DNA from: Candidatus Thorarchaeota archaeon
GTDB lineage: Archaea > Asgardarchaeota > Heimdallarchaeia > Hodarchaeales > Hodarchaeaceae
Reading direction: 5' to 3'
Length of the DNA stretch: 32,000 bases
NCBI GenBank assembly: GCA_048882505.1
Contig: JBHLRO010000009.1
Span: 60,001-92,000, forward strand
The notes beneath the pieces are model-generated. The model had not been told where the DNA came from and ran no database searches. It saw nothing but the letters and a program-made list of their open reading frames with translations. The translations under genes and the position numbers were made by a program. Shown here in pieces: positions 25,803 to 32,000 of the stretch. Each line of letters opens with the position of its first letter. Within the stretch, counting starts at the first letter, position 1.

Positions 25803-27437
25803 ATGAACATGCTCCTAACATCTTGTATCCTAAAGAATTTCAAGTCTATAGCTAATATCTCCCTTTACGGCCTACAAAACCTTAATTGCTTTATCGGCCC
25901 GCATAATTCCGGTAAAACCAATATCCTTGATGGAATTTCTACGTTTTTTGACCCTTCTCAACGAGCTTACCTGCAACACAGGCAGATCGTGAGCTCAGGA
26001 ACCCATGTGAGTTCAGAGAGAGAATTTGATAGAAATATTTTGACGTACCTAGGAGGAGGTAAACACATTCGTGGAACCTTCCTTTTCGATATTAAGGGAA
26101 TTCGGGAAATTGGAAGCAGAAACGAGGTCATCCGAGATTTTGTCAGGGAAATAGAAGGATATTCCAGCATCGATCAGATCGGAAAACTAGAATGGCAGCT
26201 CATGATGGATTCAGACCAGTTTACGTTACTGGATCAAAAACTCTTCCTATATCTCTTTAAGGATCGAAGAATCCAGGTTGAATCACGGGATCTCCCGTTA
26301 TTTCAGCAAGCTTTCGGAACGACCTTTTTTTACAGATTTCCTGACAACTTGAATGCCCAAGTAAGTCGTTTAGAAGCAAATTTATCCCAATTGATTAAGA
26401 ATAATGAGTACGAGCACATGGCTGCTATTGAAGACTTTCTACGGGATATATTGGATCAGCAAATTGTTTTTGAGCCATCAGATGGAAAAGGAATTGAGGT
26501 AACCGTTGAAAAAGCTTTTACAAGTCCTTTATCACGAATTTCATCAAGCACACAGCGCCTTGTTTTAATGTCGTACGTCTTAACAAGTATCCCCAGCCCT
26601 AGAATCATTTTGATAGACAATCCGAATCTTTACTTACACCCTAGAGGTGAACGAAAACTCGCCAAAAGGTTCATTAATTTGGATAACAAACAAATCTTTC
26701 TTTCTACTCACTCCGCTCGCCTTTTAATTGGAAATGCATTTTTAGTAGATCTGAAAAAGGGTTTCACTCGCGTTCGCAGCATTCGGGGGGAGAAATCAAT
26801 GAATGATGTGGTTAAACTTCTCGGTATAAGGCCATCTGATAGTTTTGGTGCTGATATAGTAATCTTCGTTGAAGGTAGAACTGATGCGAGGGTTTATCGA
26901 GCCTTTGAGGATATTATTGCGGCTTCCACTCAAAAACAGAGCTTTCCTAGAAATAAAGTAGCTTATATTGGTGTTGGGGGATGGACAAATATTCGGTTTG
27001 CTCTCCATTTGGAACTTTTAAGAAGTAAGTTTGTACGGAGTCGCGCCCTCGCAATAACTGACGGAGACATAAAGGACTCAGAAACATATTTTCAGATAAA
27101 ACAGAACTGGAGTTCAGTATTCTCAGAGAACTCTTTTTTCAGTTTAAAAGAGAAATCCATTGAGTCTCTATTTTTGAATAATCCTTTAGTTTTTTATCGG
27201 AAGGCTGAAGCCAGTGGTAACCATCAAAGATTGCCTCCGGTCGAAAAACTAAAGGATTCCATCTCCAAAAAACGACGACGGCGTAGTGATAAAATAATTA
27301 TCAGAGAAATAATAGAAAAGTATTTTGAGAAACGCTATACCTCATCCATGGCAGAGCAACTTGCTATGTTGTTTAAGGTTGAAGAAATACCTGAATATTT
27401 GGCAAGTTTTTTTAGGATAGAAGTGATCAACACATAA
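25803..27437 (+). CDS. OLD-family ATP-dependent nuclease (ABC-type ATPase + TOPRIM)
   Basis: Walker A GPHNSGKT, Walker-B region LIDNPNLYLHP, H-loop STHS, TOPRIM FVEGRTD and TDGD, and SIE motif. Confidence 0.85.
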   Translation: MNMLLTSCILKNFKSIANISLYGLQNLNCFIGPHNSGKTNILDGISTFFDPSQRAYLQHRQIVSSGTHVSSEREFDRNILTYLGGGKHIRGTFLFDIKGIREIGSRNEVIRDFVREIEGYSSIDQIGKLEWQLMMDSDQFTLLDQKLFLYLFKDRRIQVESRDLPLFQQAFGTTFFYRFPDNLNAQVSRLEANLSQLIKNNEYEHMAAIEDFLRDILDQQIVFEPSDGKGIEVTVEKAFTSPLSRISSSTQRLVLMSYVLTSIPSPRIILIDNPNLYLHPRGERKLAKRFINLDNKQIFLSTHSARLLIGNAFLVDLKKGFTRVRSIRGEKSMNDVVKLLGIRPSDSFGADIVIFVEGRTDARVYRAFEDIIAASTQKQSFPRNKVAYIGVGGWTNIRFALHLELLRSKFVRSRALAITDGDIKDSETYFQIKQNWSSVFSENSFFSLKEKSIESLFLNNPLVFYRKAEASGNHQRLPPVEKLKDSISKKRRRRSDKIIIREIIEKYFEKRYTSSMAEQLAMLFKVEEIPEYLASFFRIEVINT

Positions 27438-27518
27438 ACCTCCCCTCCATAAGGAAGCCAGATTAGTCAAGGTTGGATATTTGGGGAATTCTCGTACTCC
27501 CAAGTTGAAGGCATTCAT

Positions 27519-28409
27519 ATGAATCGAGTGGTCATCTCTGGACTCCAAAATTCGGGTAAATCATCGATTTTTAGGGAAACTTACCAAAACTTGTCCCCTC
27601 CTCCACATGACGAGGATGATTACTATAAGGCGAAAATTCTGAAAGCAAAGTCCCTGGGAAAATTCCTCAAAATCGAATTTGATGAAGTATCTGGGGATCA
27701 TCTGGCAAATCTTCCTAAAACTCAAATTAAAGACCATTTTCAGGGTGTTGCTGCATTAATCTGGGTAGTTGACATATCTAATGAACGGACGATTGCTACC
27801 TCCCTCTTTTATTGGAATCAATTGGTAAAAAAAATGGATTCTTTTCCTTTTTTACTGAAATTCATATGTTTCCACAAAACGGATCAAGTCGAAAATATAG
27901 ATCAAAAGCAAGGATTTTTTGGTTCATTACGTCAAGATTTTACTTCAGTAACCTTAACACCCCCCGTTTTCTATTACACCTCCCTTCACGATAATTCTAC
28001 ATATGTTCTCATGGCCAAGGTTCTTCAAAGCATTCAAGAAAAATCCATCGTCTTTAAACAAATGGAACATAAGACCAAAGAGTTTCTGTTGATGAATGAA
28101 GATTTTTTCGGTGTTGCGATAATTTCAAACGAAGGTTTGGCTGTAATTGAAACAGGGGAGAAGGTGGAATTCGTTACTTTGCCAGCAAATCTATGGTTAA
28201 GTACGAATGATCGCCTTCGAGAGGCATTTAATATCCAAGAGGGACTGGCTTGTACCATCCATTTAGATGAACAGACTCTAATATTCTTTGATTTAAATCC
28301 TGAACTTCTTTTATGCACTATTTCGAAAAAAGAAGCCCCGCTCCAATTTTCCTTCGTTCGGTCCGATTTACTTGGGCAAGTGCTCCGTGAAATACTCAAA
28401 GAAGTATGA
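27519..28409 (+). CDS. Rag/Gtr-like P-loop GTPase domain fused to a C-terminal roadblock domain
   Basis: G1 GLQNSGKS, LIWVVD, G4 HKTD and G5 YTSLHD. The C-terminal part FFGVAIISNEGLAV...TLIFFDLNPELLLCTIS is roadblock/LC7-like. Confidence 0.75.
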   Translation: MNRVVISGLQNSGKSSIFRETYQNLSPPPHDEDDYYKAKILKAKSLGKFLKIEFDEVSGDHLANLPKTQIKDHFQGVAALIWVVDISNERTIATSLFYWNQLVKKMDSFPFLLKFICFHKTDQVENIDQKQGFFGSLRQDFTSVTLTPPVFYYTSLHDNSTYVLMAKVLQSIQEKSIVFKQMEHKTKEFLLMNEDFFGVAIISNEGLAVIETGEKVEFVTLPANLWLSTNDRLREAFNIQEGLACTIHLDEQTLIFFDLNPELLLCTISKKEAPLQFSFVRSDLLGQVLREILKEV

Positions 28410-28452
28410 AAGGATTCTTTGGTTTTCGATTTTCGAACTATCCTCTGTAAAA

Positions 28453-28492
28453 AGATTTTAAATCTGTTTTTTTCTAAAAAAAGTTTTTTTTT
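28453..28492 (+). terminator. T/A-tract-rich region, probable terminator of the GTPase gene
   Basis: AGATTT-T-AAATCT palindrome, then T7 (28467-28473), A7 (28476-28482) and T9 (28484-28492). Confidence 0.4.
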
Positions 28493-28566
28493 GATTTCTT
28501 TCATGATCCTATTGTAAGTTTCCTCCCTTCAGACGACACTCATACCCCTATTAATAGTGATATCTT

Positions 28567-30012
28567 ATGTCAAATGATATTAAAGCTAAAATTAGAGCCG
28601 TGCTCGACACAGAGAATGTAATGTACCTTGCCACGGCGGTAGATGGTATTCCTTCTGTTTCTTCGGTCTTTTATGGCTACGATTCAAAAACCTTCGAACT
28701 TTATTTCTTCACCTTTACTCCCACGGTAAAGGGGGTTCATATCGGGTTCAACAAGAAGGTACAGGTGCATATTTCTAAAAAAGCGGATGAAGGGGATCAG
28801 ATAAAGGGGGTGCAGGTCACTGGTAGAGCCGAAAAAATCAAAGATGAAGAGACAATAGAAAAAATTAAGCCATTAATTAATATAGCTTCTAATTCGGCCT
28901 TTGTTGACTATTACGATCTTCCAGTAGCAGGTTGGTACCGAATAGTTCCAACACAGATCAAATATATCGATTTTTTTTCTGATCCACAATTTGAATTTCT
29001 GGAGTTCCGAGAAAACCAACCATCGTTCTTTCAGAACTTTGGAGAAGCGGTAGTCTCGCGACTTAAGGTATGGGTAGCGACAACTCGGGCTCCATTCTTT
29101 ACCGCGTCGATCATTCCAGTATTGGTTGGAGCGGCGTTAGCGTTTAGTTTAACTGGCGTAATTCATTGGCCTTATCTATTCCTGACCTTAATAGGTGGTG
29201 TATTGCTGCACGCAGGTACAAACATGCTTAATGATTATTTTGACCACACTTCACGGAATGATGAAAGCAATCAACACGGATTCATCCCCTTTTTTGGTGG
29301 ATCTAGGATGATTCAAACGGGTACGATGTCAAGTTTGAAGATTGGCATTGCTGCTTGGATCTGTTTCATCATCGGAAGTTTGATAGGGCTTTACCTTGAA
29401 TCACAAATCGGGGGGCAAGTAATTACATCTCTTGTAATATTTGGTGCATTTTTAGGTATTTTCTATACCGCAGATCCATTACGAATTGGATACCGTGGAT
29501 TGGGCGAAATTACCGTTGCCCTTGGCTTCGGCCCGGCCTATACACTTGTTTCATTGTATGTTCAAGTTGGTGCGACCGGGACTCCCTTGGATCTTACGTT
29601 ATGGATTGTTGGGATGTTCTGGTCAGTCCCCTTGGCGCTCTTGGTTGCAAATATTCTACTCATAAATGAATTCCAAGATTATGAAGCTGATCTTAAAGTA
29701 GGTAAAAGGACCTTGCCAGTCCGTCTTGGTAAGAAACGTGCTCTGTCTATTTACAAACAGATAAACACATTAGCGTATGTAGTAATATTGGCTGGAGCAG
29801 TCGTGTTCTTCCAAAATGCGTTCTTAACAGTATTGGCCTTGATCACTTTTCCTTTGGCTAGAAAAGCCATGGTTCATGCAGAAAAGCATTTTGATAAAAT
29901 ATTTGAGTTAATCCCAGCTAATGTTATGACCATTGGTGTACATCTATTTACAGGTGCCCTGATAATTTTGGGCTTGGTTCTCACTAGAATTGTTCTCCCT
30001 ATCCCCAGCTGA
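28567..30012 (+). CDS. menA: Fusion of an N-terminal PNPOx-like split-barrel domain to MenA (1,4-dihydroxy-2-naphthoate prenyltransferase)
   Basis: About aa 1-150: YLATAVDGIP...TVKGVHIGFNKKV...GVQVTGRAEKI...YRIVP (split barrel). About aa 167-481: TRAPFF, NMLNDYFD, NEFQDYEADLKVGKRTLPVRLG (MenA). Confidence 0.88.
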   Translation: MSNDIKAKIRAVLDTENVMYLATAVDGIPSVSSVFYGYDSKTFELYFFTFTPTVKGVHIGFNKKVQVHISKKADEGDQIKGVQVTGRAEKIKDEETIEKIKPLINIASNSAFVDYYDLPVAGWYRIVPTQIKYIDFFSDPQFEFLEFRENQPSFFQNFGEAVVSRLKVWVATTRAPFFTASIIPVLVGAALAFSLTGVIHWPYLFLTLIGGVLLHAGTNMLNDYFDHTSRNDESNQHGFIPFFGGSRMIQTGTMSSLKIGIAAWICFIIGSLIGLYLESQIGGQVITSLVIFGAFLGIFYTADPLRIGYRGLGEITVALGFGPAYTLVSLYVQVGATGTPLDLTLWIVGMFWSVPLALLVANILLINEFQDYEADLKVGKRTLPVRLGKKRALSIYKQINTLAYVVILAGAVVFFQNAFLTVLALITFPLARKAMVHAEKHFDKIFELIPANVMTIGVHLFTGALIILGLVLTRIVLPIPS

Positions 30013-30347
30013 ATATTGATTTAACGTCTAGCGTCAGCGGTTTGTATTTTAGGGGATTCTAGTTTAATTCCTGCCCAAATTTTACCTTTCAAAATCCGTA
30101 ATATTGGGGAGGTGAAAAATTATTTCCTCTATGGTAACGAGAAATATATTAGATACCGAAAACCATCAGTATCTGTTTTTGGAGAAAAAATCCTCTCTCA
30201 AATCTAGGGAATATTGACAGTAGAAAAAAGAAACATCAGTTTTCTTAAAGGTAATTTCAAATTCTTTGTCAGGTCTCCCTTTACATAGTCCAGGTTATCT
30301 ATTCATTAACGATAATGTGGAGTTCACCCCAACAATGGGTTGACAAG

Positions 30348-31664
30348 ATGTACGAGAATGAACGATACGATGTAATAATATGTGGAGCTGGCGTGGCTGG
30401 ATCTGCCACCGCAATACGGCTCATGCAAAAAAATCCCGAATTAAAGGTAGCATTAATAGATCGTGGAGACCCGATTGGATCAAAAAACGTATCAGGAGGG
30501 GTTTTATGGGGATCCGCTCTTGAGGAAATCATTCCCGAATGGTGGACCAAGGCCCCCATCGAACGACGGATAATTCAGAAACGAACAGGACTTCTTACAA
30601 AAACAGATGCCTTAACCGTGGATTTTCATTATCCGAATTGGAGGTCAAATCCTGATGGATCTCCAAACGCTGTTAGTCTTCTTTTGGGAAAATTCGTGCA
30701 TTGGTTGGCTGAAGAAGCGGAAAGAAGCGGTGCCCACGTTTACAGTGGAATTACCGTTGATGATTTATCACGAGACCCAGAAGGGCGTATTAATGGAATT
30801 TACCAAGCAGATGATTTCTTTGAATGCGATGTGGTGGTAATTGCCGATGGTGCGAATTCTCGTCTAGCGTTGTCCTCTGGCCTCTGTAAAGAAATGAAAA
30901 AAGAACATTACGGGTTGGCGGTAAAAGAGATTTTAAGCCTCTCCGCAAAGACTATTAATGATCGATTTAATAATCTAACCGCTACAACAGGTCTAGCAGC
31001 GGAATACGTCATAGGAGGGCTCCCCAATGGTATCCGTGCTGGTGGATTTCTCTACACGAATGAGGAGACATTATCATTAGGAGTGATCATTCAGATTGAC
31101 ACGTTAACCGATCCGGAGTTTCCTCCAGTAAAGGTATACGAAACTTTCAAACAACATCCTCATATTCGAAATTTGGTTGAAGGCGCCGAACTTCTGCAGT
31201 ATTCCTCTCATTGGGTACCAGAGGGAGGGATTCATATGGTTCCCCAACTTTTCGATGATCACGTATTGGTTGTTGGAGACGCAGCGGGTCTCGTTCTATC
31301 AAATGGTATGATAATTCAGGGGATCAATTATGCGATAGAAAGCGGAATAATGGCTGCTGATACGATTCATGACGCCTATAGAAAACGCGATTTCTCTCGA
31401 GCGACTCTTAAACAATATGAACGGAAACTTGATAAATCGGTACTAAAGGATCTAAAGAATTTCAAGAATGTTCACAAAATTACCCGAAATCCTCGTCTTT
31501 ACGACCAATATCCCGATATTTTCCTTGAAATGTTTCATGAAATGCTCACAGAGCGGAGGAAACCTAAAAAACATCTTATAACACTATTTCGAAACGCAAA
31601 AAAGACTCAGAAAGTCGGATGGTTACGTCTGATCCGTGATGGATTAACCTTAAGACACTTTTAG
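30348..31664 (+). CDS. fixC: FixC-like ETF:quinone oxidoreductase flavoprotein
   Basis: GAGVAG dinucleotide motif, GSKNVSGG, ADGANS, GGFLYTN, VPEGG and LVVGDAAG motifs. Adjacent to fixX. ATG 30348 preferred over 30315. Confidence 0.9.
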   Translation: MYENERYDVIICGAGVAGSATAIRLMQKNPELKVALIDRGDPIGSKNVSGGVLWGSALEEIIPEWWTKAPIERRIIQKRTGLLTKTDALTVDFHYPNWRSNPDGSPNAVSLLLGKFVHWLAEEAERSGAHVYSGITVDDLSRDPEGRINGIYQADDFFECDVVVIADGANSRLALSSGLCKEMKKEHYGLAVKEILSLSAKTINDRFNNLTATTGLAAEYVIGGLPNGIRAGGFLYTNEETLSLGVIIQIDTLTDPEFPPVKVYETFKQHPHIRNLVEGAELLQYSSHWVPEGGIHMVPQLFDDHVLVVGDAAGLVLSNGMIIQGINYAIESGIMAADTIHDAYRKRDFSRATLKQYERKLDKSVLKDLKNFKNVHKITRNPRLYDQYPDIFLEMFHEMLTERRKPKKHLITLFRNAKKTQKVGWLRLIRDGLTLRHF

Positions 31665-31689
31665 CCATTCTCGATGGAGATGACAAGAT

Positions 31690-31977
31690 TTGGCAGAAGA
31701 AGTCAAAGTTCAGGATAAACTGGGTTCGGTACCTTATGTAACAGATTCTGAAGAAAACGCACACATAACTGTGCAACCGGATATTTGCAGAAAGTGTCCT
31801 CATCACCTCTGTATTGCAGGATGTCCTGCTGGTTGCTTTACCTTTATCGATGGAGAGATGGTATTTCGCTATGAAGACTGCGTAGAATGTGGTACATGCT
31901 TTCTTCAATGTGACCAGGGATCAGTCACTTGGAATAACCCTCGTGGCAGTTTCGGTGTGAAATATTATACTGGGTAG
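31690..31977 (+). CDS. fixX: FixX-like ferredoxin
   Basis: CRKC...CIAGCPAGC and CVECGTC...C motifs, WNNPRGSFGV C-terminus. TTG start with GGAG upstream. Confidence 0.92.
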   Translation: MAEEVKVQDKLGSVPYVTDSEENAHITVQPDICRKCPHHLCIAGCPAGCFTFIDGEMVFRYEDCVECGTCFLQCDQGSVTWNNPRGSFGVKYYTG

Positions 31978-31990
31978 AATGGAGTCAACA

Positions 31991-32000
31991 ATGAACATTC
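31991..32000 (+). CDS. Start of the next gene (M-N-I...), truncated by the window edge; possibly an ETF subunit (FixA/EtfB)
   Basis: GGAG at 31981-31984 followed 6 nt later by ATGAACATTC. The identity is inferred only from fixCX context. Confidence 0.3.

Noticed and set aside
30348-31664. Alternative call as digeranylgeranylglycerophospholipid reductase
   Set aside because: The GSKNVSGG motif, the lack of an evident PxxYxWxFP motif and the adjacent fixX favour FixC.
30340-31692. TGACAAGAT recurring immediately at the starts of fixC and fixX
   Set aside because: Only two copies of a 9-mer with different register relative to the start codon, so probably chance.
1216-31908. Numerous antisense or alternate-frame ORFs in the track (e.g. 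1716-2084, 11963-12451, 22971-23480, 28034-28504, 31576-31908, and the plus-strand ORFs inside 16968-21818)
   Set aside because: They shadow well-supported genes and show no motifs or protein-like composition.
1-32000. tRNA, rRNA, CRISPR arrays, transposases, integrases
   Set aside because: None recognised by eye. tRNAscan-SE/Infernal would be needed to exclude small RNAs in the intergenic gaps.

Overview
This is a gene-dense archaeal chromosomal window, very probably from an Asgard archaeon. Heimdallarchaeia is plausible, inferred from eukaryote-signature proteins occurring together with heme O synthase, MenA and FixCX. It encodes two Rab-like GTPases, one Rag-like GTPase-roadblock fusion and three longin-like-domain proteins. 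These are a longin plus V4R/Bet3-like fusion, a tandem longin protein, and a 1616-aa single-pass surface protein with nine ~100-aa Ig-like repeats and a cytoplasmic longin-like domain, lying upstream of a Rab. Metabolic genes include an MBL hydrolase, a variant M20 peptidase, two SDRs, a 2-hydroxyacyl-CoA dehydratase/benzoyl-CoA reductase-type subunit pair, an O-methyltransferase, cyoE/ctaB, a split-barrel-MenA fusion and fixCX. There is also a hybrid REC-GAF-PAS-kinase that lacks its H-box His and needs a non-canonical start, and an OLD-family nuclease with degenerate ATPase motifs. I saw no rRNA, tRNA, CRISPR array or IS element. All family calls come from motif recognition by eye; no searches were run.
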